DNA from: a virus
Taxonomy: Duplodnaviria; Caudoviricetes
Virus record (IMG/VR): IMGVR_UViG_3300025018_000001
Reading direction: 5' to 3' (one strand)
DNA length: 64,000 nt
In this document: positions 1 through 9,440 of the stretch, piece by piece
Layout: every line of letters starts with the position of its first letter
Position numbering within the stretch: position 1 is the stretch's first letter
Notes under the pieces: model-generated
The model's database searches: none
Told to the model about the DNA's origin: nothing
What the model saw: the letters and a program-made list of their open reading frames with translations, nothing else
Program-made: the position numbers and the translations under genes

Positions 1-181
1 AACACAAGACAATTTTTGCAGGTGATGTGGATCTTAAAGTAATATATCCACAAAAGAGTGAGTCTGATGCAAGTTATCACAGTGGCTTCGGCCCAGTAGC
101 CTTACAAAGAAAGCAGCTATGCTCTAAATGGTACGGGGACAATTTATACAAACTTTTAAAAAATAATAACATAGAATTCTA

Positions 182-1024
182 ATGATTGAAAATACTGACT
201 TTATATTAAAAGAACCCAAAAATCCTTCATACTCCGTTACGTATGGTCTATACACAGATAAAGAAAAATATCCGTGGAATAGTATTAAAAATCCGTATAT
301 AGATGAGACAGAAAGTACAATAGAAGGTGTATTGTCTAAAGCTAACGTAGCTAAATGGCACGCATGTTTTTCCAGTTTAGGTGATAGATTAAGTAATAAA
401 GACTATACAAGAATAGTTTATTATTTTAAACCACATGATACAATGTCAAAGAAAATAAGTTTGCGTTGGTTAATATTAGCAAAACAACACAAGCTTCTAC
501 CAAGATATGTTAATGTGAAAAAAATAATAGAAAAGAATAATGTAGTCTTTGATTTAACAAAAGGTAGTTTTAATTTACTGTATGCCTATTTAGCTACAGT
601 ACGAATGATTGTAGAAGAACCTGCCTATGTTAAAAATGCACTAATGTTGGTGGATAAATATAAAATTGACTACTATGTTGCAGTTGTTGCAGCTTCTTAC
701 TTCTGTTTCAGAAACTTTGGTCATTCTTTTTTTAATCCTGGTAATACTTACCCAGGTTTACATTCACCAGATAAATTAACTAAATTATCACTTAAGACAG
801 TTTTAGGTGTGTATAGATTTGTTAATAAAGATGTTAATACTATAGTAAACGATAGTAAACATTTTTCTGCTACTAGCGAAGTTAGTGGGCTTTCCAAAAC
901 AAATGCTGTACTTGATATAAATAAGTGCATTGGTGTAAACGTCCTTAATGTATTAAAAGCAAAAAATGATACGGAGGCGGAAAAAGAGCTTAAAAATATA
1001 TGGGGGGTGATTAATGCAACGTGA
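182..1024 (+). CDS. Hypothetical phage protein (280 aa)
   Basis: Long ORF in a tightly packed + strand gene run; no recognised motif. Confidence 0.75.
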   Translation: MIENTDFILKEPKNPSYSVTYGLYTDKEKYPWNSIKNPYIDETESTIEGVLSKANVAKWHACFSSLGDRLSNKDYTRIVYYFKPHDTMSKKISLRWLILAKQHKLLPRYVNVKKIIEKNNVVFDLTKGSFNLLYAYLATVRMIVEEPAYVKNALMLVDKYKIDYYVAVVAASYFCFRNFGHSFFNPGNTYPGLHSPDKLTKLSLKTVLGVYRFVNKDVNTIVNDSKHFSATSEVSGLSKTNAVLDINKCIGVNVLNVLKAKNDTEAEKELKNIWGVINAT

Positions 1025-1466
1025 AGATTTAGTGCATATACTACCTGGGGTAACTCAGGTACTTTTTGATGATGATGAAAACCCAGAGTATGGTTGGGTA
1101 GATGACGACATGGATGATATGATTGGTGGAACCTTTTTAGTGCAGGAAGTATTAAGTGAGGGTGTTATTCTAAAACATCCTTCTGGAAAAAAATATTCGT
1201 TTCATTACTCTACAATTACTTTAGTTAAAAGTGTACCATACTTTGATACACACATAGAAAACGTTCCAGTAAGTTGCATTAACAAACTGGAACTATCATT
1301 TTTTGAAAGACATTGCAATTATAATGACTATGCAGCAATCAAAAAAATGCTTAAAGCTAAAAGAGTATTGGAGTTTGATAAGGACACCTTGAATCAAATA
1401 CAGCAGCAGTACCCAAGAGTTATTGGTGCTATGCTAAGTAATAAAAAATTAAAAAAAGTAGGATAA
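1014..1466 (+). CDS. Hypothetical protein (150 aa)
   Basis: ORF overlaps the upstream stop; GGGG SD-like sequence upstream. Confidence 0.7.
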   Translation: MQREDLVHILPGVTQVLFDDDENPEYGWVDDDMDDMIGGTFLVQEVLSEGVILKHPSGKKYSFHYSTITLVKSVPYFDTHIENVPVSCINKLELSFFERHCNYNDYAAIKKMLKAKRVLEFDKDTLNQIQQQYPRVIGAMLSNKKLKKVG

Positions 1467-1467
1467 A

Positions 1468-1686
1468 ATGCAAGATGACATGGATAATGATGATAATAGC
1501 CGTAGATACGAATTAAACAAAAAATATCCAAAGGCTAGAGATCAAGATAAGAAAATAAGAAGTCCAGTCAGTAAAGGAAGTGTCAGATCACAAGGCAAAA
1601 AAGCATTGAGAAGATATGTAGATATCTTTACAGCTAAAGGAATTGACGACGACGAAGACTTCGACGATTTTGCTGAATGTGATTGA
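1468..1686 (+). CDS. Small hypothetical protein with acidic termini (72 aa)
   Basis: Starts 1 nt after the upstream stop. Confidence 0.6.
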   Translation: MQDDMDNDDNSRRYELNKKYPKARDQDKKIRSPVSKGSVRSQGKKALRRYVDIFTAKGIDDDEDFDDFAECD

Positions 1687-1717
1687 TATATTATAGTGCT
1701 CATTTAAAGGATTAGAA

Positions 1718-2149
1718 ATGTACGAATTATTATCTAAAGAAGAGGAAGAAGAATTTAGAAGTGATGTTTCGCCAATAGTAAAGCGAGATACTAAAATTCC
1801 TCCTGTCAGAGAAGAAAAACCATTTAATGTGTATGTTGGTAAATACAACAGAGCGGTGAGTAACGACTCATTAATATTGAGTGGCGTATATGTAGAGCAC
1901 CTTAAAACTGGTATAGTAAAATTTTTAATATCACAAGCTCCAGAAAGAATAAAAAGTGAGCAAGGTGCTTACATAGTATTTTGTGAGATGTTGTTGGATC
2001 ATTTTGTAAAATTAACTAAAGAAAAGAGTTTGCAGTCATTGCTGATGCATACTAGTGACTTAACAGTTTTGGAAGTGTTATTAAAAAATAAATTTGAAAT
2101 AACAAAAACAAAAAATAACTTTTATAGGGCGTTTAAAGTATTAAACTGA
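1718..2149 (+). CDS. Hypothetical protein (143 aa)
   Basis: ORF with AAGGA upstream. Confidence 0.65.
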   Translation: MYELLSKEEEEEFRSDVSPIVKRDTKIPPVREEKPFNVYVGKYNRAVSNDSLILSGVYVEHLKTGIVKFLISQAPERIKSEQGAYIVFCEMLLDHFVKLTKEKSLQSLLMHTSDLTVLEVLLKNKFEITKTKNNFYRAFKVLN

Positions 2150-2153
2150 CGAT

Positions 2154-3737
2154 ATGAAACAATCAAAAATAAAAATAGAGCCATTCGTAACAGATAAAAA
2201 CTTAAGTGAAATTTATCAAACTTCAAAAATTACATTTGCTTTTCTATCAGCACCGCGAGATGGTAATAAACAATGCCATCAATTTGTTAAATGTAGAGAC
2301 TTTCTTCAAGACGCCTTAAGAACATCTTTAACAGGTGTAGCGTCAAAGATATACGGGTTTGAATTTGATGTAAAAAAGAACCCACCAATTGATAATAGAA
2401 AGACAAGAATGATTATTCGCAGTAACATGGCAGACAAAGAGTTTGAGAAAGTTATACTCAAAGCTGAGAAATTGCTGCATCATTACGAACATATGGCAGG
2501 TGTAGTATCAACGTCGATATCTAAAAATGGGAAAGATTATATCCTTTGTAGTTCCAATTTCTGGATGTTTTCTCCTGTATTAATATCGTTATATACGTTG
2601 CTAATTCGTTTAGGTGAATACGATTTAAATTTTACAAAATTCGATAACGTAAGTCTTTTAAAAGCTTACGACACTTTAGCAAAGTCTACAAAGACAGACA
2701 ATGAGGTAAGTTACGTACGAAGTGTAAAAGCTTATATTCATAAGATAGTTATAAATAGTCATTATGTTTTTACAACATTACGTAAGAATAACTATGACGA
2801 TATCTATTTTAAAGATGCCACAATCCACACATTCCACAATGACTCAGGTATAGTTGCATTATGTACTGCCACAGACGCCTCTAAAATACATCATAATAAT
2901 TATAAACGTCTTCAAGACACTTTAAAAGATGATGTAGAAAAAATCAGTGATTTACCTGTTGTATTTTGTCCTGGTACTTATGACATCAGTAAATACTATG
3001 CTCCTAACGGTTGGAACTTTGCGGTTGTTGATATGGTAGATGATGTACATAAAGTCATAACACAATTTGCAAAATGCAGAGAACAGCTTACTGCTAGATT
3101 TGGTAAAGAGTGCAAAAACAAAACATTTGATAAATTCAATATGTGTGTAGTAGTAGATGGTACGTTAGATGACTCTGCAAGAATGATGCGTCACAAAAGA
3201 GAGCTGTTCCTTGCCAAAAGGGTCCTCAATTTTATTGAGGCAAAGTATGATATAAAAAAGACTACAATATCCACAGTGTGTCTAAAGATTGCTAAAACGC
3301 GTCGTAGATATTACAGTTGGTTGTTTTCTGGCAGTACTGAGTGGTTAAATAGTCCAGTAATGTTAAGTCTTTACTCTCTTATTATTAGAGCTGTTGCGAA
3401 CTATTGCTCATACTCTGGTAAAGATCCAAAGAATATTAATGATGACGTACTTGATGAAATCTATTCTTACAGACGAGGTACGAATTCTTACTCGAATAAA
3501 GATTTATTATTATTGAAATCTTTTTGTAAACAGATTGATAAGATATTACAAAATAGGAAAGAGTTATTTGCTAATGATACTACTATGGCAGATAATTACT
3601 TTGTGTCCGAGAAAAAAGTTAAGGAATTGGTTTATGCAAACGCTCCTTTTAGTACGATTGGTGTGGCTTCACTTGTTAACAATCAACATATAGATCATGA
3701 ATTACAGAAAAAATTTAAGGAGTTAAAAGCATGTTAA
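2154..3737 (+). CDS. Hypothetical protein with an internally duplicated domain (527 aa)
   Basis: Paired motifs QFVKCRDFL/QFAKCREQL and WMFSPVLISLYTLLIR/WLNSPVMLSLYSLIIR. Confidence 0.8.
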   Translation: MKQSKIKIEPFVTDKNLSEIYQTSKITFAFLSAPRDGNKQCHQFVKCRDFLQDALRTSLTGVASKIYGFEFDVKKNPPIDNRKTRMIIRSNMADKEFEKVILKAEKLLHHYEHMAGVVSTSISKNGKDYILCSSNFWMFSPVLISLYTLLIRLGEYDLNFTKFDNVSLLKAYDTLAKSTKTDNEVSYVRSVKAYIHKIVINSHYVFTTLRKNNYDDIYFKDATIHTFHNDSGIVALCTATDASKIHHNNYKRLQDTLKDDVEKISDLPVVFCPGTYDISKYYAPNGWNFAVVDMVDDVHKVITQFAKCREQLTARFGKECKNKTFDKFNMCVVVDGTLDDSARMMRHKRELFLAKRVLNFIEAKYDIKKTTISTVCLKIAKTRRRYYSWLFSGSTEWLNSPVMLSLYSLIIRAVANYCSYSGKDPKNINDDVLDEIYSYRRGTNSYSNKDLLLLKSFCKQIDKILQNRKELFANDTTMADNYFVSEKKVKELVYANAPFSTIGVASLVNNQHIDHELQKKFKELKAC

Positions 3738-4636
3738 AGCGTAACACGATAGGTACAGATCCTGAGTTTTTCATTCGTTCAGATAAAGGTAAATATCTGA
3801 ATGCAGAAACAATGTTCCCAGGCACTAAGGATGAACCTTTTCCTATGAATAGTGGAGCTGGGTTACAGACGGATAATGTGGCTGTGGAGTTTGCTAGCCC
3901 AGTGGGTAAAGATGGTGGGGATTTAGTTACTAAGCTCAGAAATACTTTTAAAGAGCTTTTTCTTATGATGCCCGCCAATACCGTACTTGACTTATCACCA
4001 GCAGCATTGTTTGATAATGATCAGTTACAAACAGAACAAGCGCAGTTGTTTGGTTGTTCTCCAAGTTACTGTGCGTGGGATTTGGTTGAAAATGAAAGAC
4101 CGAATGCAACAGTAAGTAATTTAAGAAGCGTAGGTGCTCATATTCACATTGGTAAAGCAGATGGGGATGGTAATGACTTCCTACTAGATCCGTATGGTAA
4201 AATCAATACCGTACGTATGTGTGATGCTTTTCATGGTATTATTAGTGTTGTTTTAGATACCTCAAAAGAAAGTGTAATGAGAAAAGCACTTTATGGTAAG
4301 GCTGGAGAACACAGACCAAAAGAGTATGGGGTAGAATATAGAACACTATCCCCATTCTGGATGAAAAGCCCAAGCCTAGTAATGCTTATTGATGCATTGA
4401 CAACAGATGCGCTCAGGTTCGTAAGAGAAGAGCGTCATGAAGAATTAATAGCTGAACTTGGTGGGGCCGAAGTTATACGTAATATAATTAACAACGGCGA
4501 TGTTGACAAAGCTAGAGAAGTGATTGAGAATGTATTGTTTAATCACATGTCTGAAGATTCTAAACATTTCTTCAAAGAATGTAGCGATGCTATAGCACAG
4601 TATGATTTTAAGAAAGAATGGCAACTAACTGCCTAA
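3731..4636 (+). CDS. phiEco32-like COOH-NH2 ligase type 2 (glutamine synthetase/GCS fold)
   Basis: IGTDPEFF, TDNVAVEF, GAHIHIG, YGKAGEHRPKEYGVEYRTLSPFW. Confidence 0.9.
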   Translation: MLKRNTIGTDPEFFIRSDKGKYLNAETMFPGTKDEPFPMNSGAGLQTDNVAVEFASPVGKDGGDLVTKLRNTFKELFLMMPANTVLDLSPAALFDNDQLQTEQAQLFGCSPSYCAWDLVENERPNATVSNLRSVGAHIHIGKADGDGNDFLLDPYGKINTVRMCDAFHGIISVVLDTSKESVMRKALYGKAGEHRPKEYGVEYRTLSPFWMKSPSLVMLIDALTTDALRFVREERHEELIAELGGAEVIRNIINNGDVDKAREVIENVLFNHMSEDSKHFFKECSDAIAQYDFKKEWQLTA

Positions 4637-4664
4637 TTACAAAATAATTTCACAGAGGAAAAAC

Positions 4665-5444
4665 ATGAAAATTGCACTACCTATATTTGATGGCGGTACC
4701 AGATTGGGAATTAATTCCGTGTATGTTCATTTTATTAGCAATGCTGGATTTGAACCATTTTTGGTAACAAGCGCAAATGATTTCAAAAAAGTAGCTACGG
4801 AATGTGATGGCTTACTATTACCTGGGGGTATTGACGTAGAACCTACTTTTTACGGGGAAGACAACTTCGGTAGTGAAAACTGTGACCCAGAGAAAGATGA
4901 TTTTGATAGAAGATTACTTCATGCATTCATTGCTGAAGGTAAAAAAGTATTTGGTATTTGTAGAGGGCACCAACTTATTGTTAAAGAGTTCTTGCACGTG
5001 TTTCATGATGCCTGTCAAGGTATGTCATTTTGGCAACACATTAATAACCATGCTTTAGCTACGGCTAGAAGTGCTAAACGTTCAACACCTACTCATAGCG
5101 TTACTGTAAATCCCGCAATTCTGTATGGTTTACATGATGGGCAGAAGCTTAGTAATATTTTCACAAATTCCATGCATCATCAAGCATTGTTGGTGGATGG
5201 TACTAAGAACTTATCAAAAGTTATTGATGCGAATAATTTCATCAAATGCATTGGTGTTACCCCTTTCGGTGCACCAACATCAAAAGAGAACGATTGGTTA
5301 GTTGTTGAAGCTGTTGATATAAAGCTGAATGGTGTTTTAATGCGCGGCGTACAATGGCATCCAGAAGAGCTTATGGATATCGGCTTGCTAACTCATTATT
5401 TTGCGGGGGTAGCAAAGGCAGATGGAGTCAAATTATACAGGTAA
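4665..5444 (+). CDS. Class I glutamine amidotransferase / peptidase C26 (PuuD-like)
   Basis: LLLPGGIDV, GICRGHQ (nucleophile Cys), NSMHHQAL, GVQWHPE. Confidence 0.9.
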   Translation: MKIALPIFDGGTRLGINSVYVHFISNAGFEPFLVTSANDFKKVATECDGLLLPGGIDVEPTFYGEDNFGSENCDPEKDDFDRRLLHAFIAEGKKVFGICRGHQLIVKEFLHVFHDACQGMSFWQHINNHALATARSAKRSTPTHSVTVNPAILYGLHDGQKLSNIFTNSMHHQALLVDGTKNLSKVIDANNFIKCIGVTPFGAPTSKENDWLVVEAVDIKLNGVLMRGVQWHPEELMDIGLLTHYFAGVAKADGVKLYR

Positions 5445-5670
5445 AATATTCTGGTCTGCTGAGATAGGCTTCGGAGATAATTCGATACATTTTCGCAGAG
5501 TTACAAGGGTTGACTTAAAGGAGTACATTGCTAGTGCTCCTGAGAGTATCAAATCAATAAAAGACGTAGATATCATAAACAAGTATGTAGTTCCTTTTGT
5601 TTATGATATGTATAAACTCCGCAAACATAATATACAATATGTAATCGTAAAGAGGGCTGCAATAGAATGA
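5422..5670 (+). CDS. Hypothetical protein (82 aa)
   Basis: Overlaps both neighbouring genes. Confidence 0.55.
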   Translation: MESNYTGKIFWSAEIGFGDNSIHFRRVTRVDLKEYIASAPESIKSIKDVDIINKYVVPFVYDMYKLRKHNIQYVIVKRAAIE

Positions 5671-6050
5671 GTAAAGAATTGAAAGTATTTGTATATGGTA
5701 CGTTGAAAGTTGGTGGTAGATTTTCAACACGTTTTGATGCATCAAGAATAACTTCAAGAGTCGGTAGAATTAGAGGTGAATTGTACGACTTAGGTAGTTT
5801 TCCAGGTGTGAAGTTACAAGGAGATTCTGAAGTAATAGGAGAAGTGCATACATACAAAAATGCTGAAGAAGTAGAAAAGTCTTTTGATAGAATTGAAGGC
5901 TTCAGCGGAGCAGGTAAACCTCATAATCTTTATGAGAAACGTGTAGTAACTGCCTTCACTGACGATGGTGAGGAGTCATGTATTATGTATGAGTTTGCAC
6001 GTCCAATTGAAGCAGATAGAAAAATAAAGGAAGGAGTATGGCAGATATGA
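5667..6050 (+). CDS. Gamma-glutamylcyclotransferase (AIG2/YtfP-like)
   Basis: VFVYGTLK, G-x-LYDLG-x-FPG, V-x-GEV, DRIEG. Confidence 0.9.
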   Translation: MSKELKVFVYGTLKVGGRFSTRFDASRITSRVGRIRGELYDLGSFPGVKLQGDSEVIGEVHTYKNAEEVEKSFDRIEGFSGAGKPHNLYEKRVVTAFTDDGEESCIMYEFARPIEADRKIKEGVWQI

Positions 6051-6316
6051 AAATATTTGGATTAGTCACCAACGACTTTGAAATTGAAATAGGTAAAAAG
6101 TTTGATGACGCTGGTGAAGCTCATGTAGTAAAAGAAATAAAATATTTTGAGTCCTCTCAAGTGTACAACAGGTTCATACACGAACCTATTTACGTAGTAG
6201 AGTATACTGAAGGTACAATGAAAACAGTAATACCAGTAAGAGCTGTAACAGCGCTACAAATAGATACTAAAAAAGAAGAGGCAATTAAGCCTGACTTAGC
6301 TGGACTCGGTGAATAA
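6038..6316 (+). CDS. Hypothetical protein (92 aa)
   Basis: AAGGAG SD; coupled to neighbouring genes. Confidence 0.65.
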   Translation: MADMKIFGLVTNDFEIEIGKKFDDAGEAHVVKEIKYFESSQVYNRFIHEPIYVVEYTEGTMKTVIPVRAVTALQIDTKKEEAIKPDLAGLGE

Positions 6317-6999
6317 TGAAGATTTTAATTGTTGGTGGTTATGATGGTTATGAAACTCCTTTCGTAGGTTTAGGGGACATAACATTCGACGAAGACGAAT
6401 TCTTGGCCGCACCAGAAGATTTTGGTTTGTTGGTATTTGCCGGTGGTGAGGATGTGAATCCTGCATTTTACGGACATACCTCACCAAAACATATGTGTGG
6501 TTATAATACACGAAGAGACGTTGCAGAAAAAGAACTTTACGACATTGCAGCAAAGTATAATATTAAAATGACTGGTATATGCCGTGGAAGTCAATTTCTT
6601 AATGTAATGGCTGGTGGTGTGATGATGCATCATATTACTAATCATGGTGTGAGTCACTTAATGACTACCATAGATGGTAAAGATATTCAAGTTACATCAA
6701 CGCATCATCAGATGTGTATGCCAGCACAACACGGGCATATAATGGCGTGGTCTTCTGAACGTAGGTCTACTGTTTACTACGGCGATAAAGATGAGCAAGT
6801 AAAATATACTGGAAGAGAAGTTGAAAGTATATATTACCCAAAAGAAAATATATTTGCTGTACAATTTCATCCAGAATATATGAACCGCGAGAGTGCTGGC
6901 TTTAATTGGTATAGGAGTACAGTAGTTGATTTTTTGCAGTTGTCCGAAGAAGAGTTTACAAAGAAATATTTAACTAAATCTTTGGAAGCTACTGTATAA
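6316..6999 (+). CDS. Second class I glutamine amidotransferase / peptidase C26
   Basis: FAGGEDVNP, GICRGSQ, STHHQM, AVQFHPE. Confidence 0.9.
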   Translation: MKILIVGGYDGYETPFVGLGDITFDEDEFLAAPEDFGLLVFAGGEDVNPAFYGHTSPKHMCGYNTRRDVAEKELYDIAAKYNIKMTGICRGSQFLNVMAGGVMMHHITNHGVSHLMTTIDGKDIQVTSTHHQMCMPAQHGHIMAWSSERRSTVYYGDKDEQVKYTGREVESIYYPKENIFAVQFHPEYMNRESAGFNWYRSTVVDFLQLSEEEFTKKYLTKSLEATV

Positions 7000-7003
7000 A
7001 TAC

Positions 7004-7036
7004 TAAGGGTAGTTGGTAATATATCAGCTACCCTTA
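7004..7036 (+). terminator. Intergenic 12-bp hairpin (terminator or processing site)
   Basis: TAAGGGTAGTTG pairs with CAGCTACCCTTA just after the stop; no U-tract. Confidence 0.45.
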
Positions 7037-7054
7037 CTAATGTGAGATACATAG

Positions 7055-7567
7055 ATGACTAAATTTATAGAGAATGTAGGAAAACAAGTGTTCATGGTGG
7101 CAGAAGAGAAACGTAGTGCTACTCTTCTAACTTTTTATAATAAACCTGAGGAGGTTATTTCCTTATTTAATAGTAGTATAGCTGGAAGTATTTCAGAGAT
7201 GTCACTATTTCATGGGACACTTACTAAAGCAATAAGTATACCTGAGGATATTAATACAAATATTGACATAACTATTATAGTAAGGCAAAATAAAAATAAC
7301 AGCGCTGTATTAATACCCTGTGTTAATTTAGACTATGCTCAAGAAGTAATATCTGCATTAGTAGGGTCATCCGTATCAGACGATGATAAATACAGTGAAG
7401 AAGTTATTGAAGACATAATTGGACTAAGTCAAAAGAATATTGATAACATCTTTATATTTTATGGTTACGAGGTTGAGTTGCACTACTCTTTTGATAAAAC
7501 AGAGCTTGACGAAGAAATATTAGAAGGGAGCAAAGAAATTTATGAGCAAATCTCCTCCGAACAATGA
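7055..7567 (+). CDS. Hypothetical protein (170 aa)
   Basis: ORF only. Confidence 0.65.
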   Translation: MTKFIENVGKQVFMVAEEKRSATLLTFYNKPEEVISLFNSSIAGSISEMSLFHGTLTKAISIPEDINTNIDITIIVRQNKNNSAVLIPCVNLDYAQEVISALVGSSVSDDDKYSEEVIEDIIGLSQKNIDNIFIFYGYEVELHYSFDKTELDEEILEGSKEIYEQISSEQ

Positions 7568-7907
7568 TAAATTCACATTGTACTACCATACTGGAATATA
7601 TCATCTGTTTTCCGGTAGAGTAATTGGGTACATTGATGATAAACAATTTGCAGCACTGTTAACATCTCCACAGATATTAGCAAGAAAATTAAGTACTATG
7701 CCTCCATTAGACTTTTATGATGTTATTAGTCCTAAAGCGGTGAAGTTACGTCTAGCTTTTTTAGCAAGAGACAGTAACAATAATAGGCACCTAATACTAT
7801 CAGGAGTAATAAAAGAAATAGAAAGTTCATTATCATATGGTTACGGCGAAATAGCCTATGTGGATGAATGCAATAATATGTTTTGTTTAGAAACGGAGGT
7901 AGAATAA
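7542..7907 (+). CDS. Hypothetical protein (121 aa)
   Basis: ORF only; GGAG upstream. Confidence 0.6.
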   Translation: MSKSPPNNDKFTLYYHTGIYHLFSGRVIGYIDDKQFAALLTSPQILARKLSTMPPLDFYDVISPKAVKLRLAFLARDSNNNRHLILSGVIKEIESSLSYGYGEIAYVDECNNMFCLETEVE

Positions 7908-7913
7908 ATTAAT

Positions 7914-8648
7914 ATGTTAACTACATCATTACTACCTGTAAATAAATGTATTGTTACAGACTATTTACAGTCAACAAAGTTAGCCCATTATACCTCTGGT
8001 TATCTGGTGTACATAGAGGGTATTCAAAATGATATAGATGTACTTTGTTCAATGCTAGTAACCAGTGCTGGAGGGAAGTTGTCTCATAGGCCTTCTTTAA
8101 CTAAAATACGCACACCTGTAGTATTCTTTGATGATTTAGTTAAAACAGGTGTGTACGGAAAAAGTAGTTGCTTTCTTTTGGTTGACACAACTAATGTATC
8201 TTATTTAGACCTAAAAGGTGTTGACTTTATAAATATGTTGTATGCTAGAATAGTTAGTTTAAATAGGATTAGTTGTAATTATTTTAATAACAACGTCTTA
8301 GTAAATAACAATCCTACTATAAAAAAATTCTTCCAGGATTATAACGCAGCAGCTAAAGTACATAGTAAAGCAATGGTAGAAAAAGTAAATACCTCTGAAA
8401 AAAGGGTAAATCTAATACATAATATGTTATTATTAGAAAGTTTTATAAAAAAGAATCTTCCTCAACCAGTACAAAATATGAATTTTTTACAGAGGGCTTA
8501 TACAGTTGCAAGAGATTACGAGCGTAAGGCAACACATAAAAAGATTGAGGCTCTTTTAAAAAACAAGGACTGCGCAAAAATATTAAGCGATAACCAGGAG
8601 AACAAAGATGCTTTACATAGGTACAAAAATAGTGGTTATTGGCTCTAA
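7914..8648 (+). CDS. Hypothetical protein (244 aa)
   Basis: GGAGG upstream. Confidence 0.7.
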   Translation: MLTTSLLPVNKCIVTDYLQSTKLAHYTSGYLVYIEGIQNDIDVLCSMLVTSAGGKLSHRPSLTKIRTPVVFFDDLVKTGVYGKSSCFLLVDTTNVSYLDLKGVDFINMLYARIVSLNRISCNYFNNNVLVNNNPTIKKFFQDYNAAAKVHSKAMVEKVNTSEKRVNLIHNMLLLESFIKKNLPQPVQNMNFLQRAYTVARDYERKATHKKIEALLKNKDCAKILSDNQENKDALHRYKNSGYWL

Positions 8649-9429
8649 CGTAAAGAGAAAAGCTGGTCCCCGTATAGGCAGTATAGGTTTCATAGTAGAT
8701 ATAATGACTAATAAACGTATGACTTTATTAGGTAATAATCTTGTATGTGATGCCTATATACTATTTATTCAATATGGTTTTCAAAAGCAGCAACGGTATG
8801 AGTTAAAAAGAGTAATGGTTGCTATACCTAGGTTAGAAAATTGGCCTTGTGATATAGATAAAGTACTTACTAAAACAGTCAAGTCAGTGAAAACAGACGC
8901 ATCAATCAGGCTACCCCTTTTAATGATATGCCCTGTTACACAATTTAATGATAAGGACTTACAGCATAAGGTACATAGCCATCTATTGAATGGCACCATG
9001 CGTTATAAATTACAAAATGTAGCGTATGTACAAAATTCTAAGCGTTTTCCTAACACAGAGCGCCTACATGCAACACTGCCTGAAGGTGCCAAAACGTTTT
9101 TACGTGTAAGTACCGTAGGTATAAACCCAAATGCTTTGAATATTTTATTGTCAAAAGTATTTGAGAAGGACAAATATGTTTTAAGGGAGGTACTTGAGCT
9201 TGTTTTAAAATTGGATGCTCTTCGTAATATAACCGAAAAACAGTCAAAAGCACCGATAGGACCTAAAGGTAATGACATTATATTTAATAGTTTATTCAAA
9301 CCTTACGAATTTAGGAGATGTATTATAGAGTCCGGCAAATATGCCCCAAAGGAACTCTTTGCTTTCTGTGTACAACTTAGTAATAGTCTTATAATCGAAG
9401 GAATTAAAGTTGTAAATAAACATGTATAA
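8608..9429 (+). CDS. Hypothetical protein (273 aa)
   Basis: ORF overlapping the upstream gene. Confidence 0.7.
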   Translation: MLYIGTKIVVIGSNVKRKAGPRIGSIGFIVDIMTNKRMTLLGNNLVCDAYILFIQYGFQKQQRYELKRVMVAIPRLENWPCDIDKVLTKTVKSVKTDASIRLPLLMICPVTQFNDKDLQHKVHSHLLNGTMRYKLQNVAYVQNSKRFPNTERLHATLPEGAKTFLRVSTVGINPNALNILLSKVFEKDKYVLREVLELVLKLDALRNITEKQSKAPIGPKGNDIIFNSLFKPYEFRRCIIESGKYAPKELFAFCVQLSNSLIIEGIKVVNKHV

Positions 9430-9440
9430 AAGGGGATACA

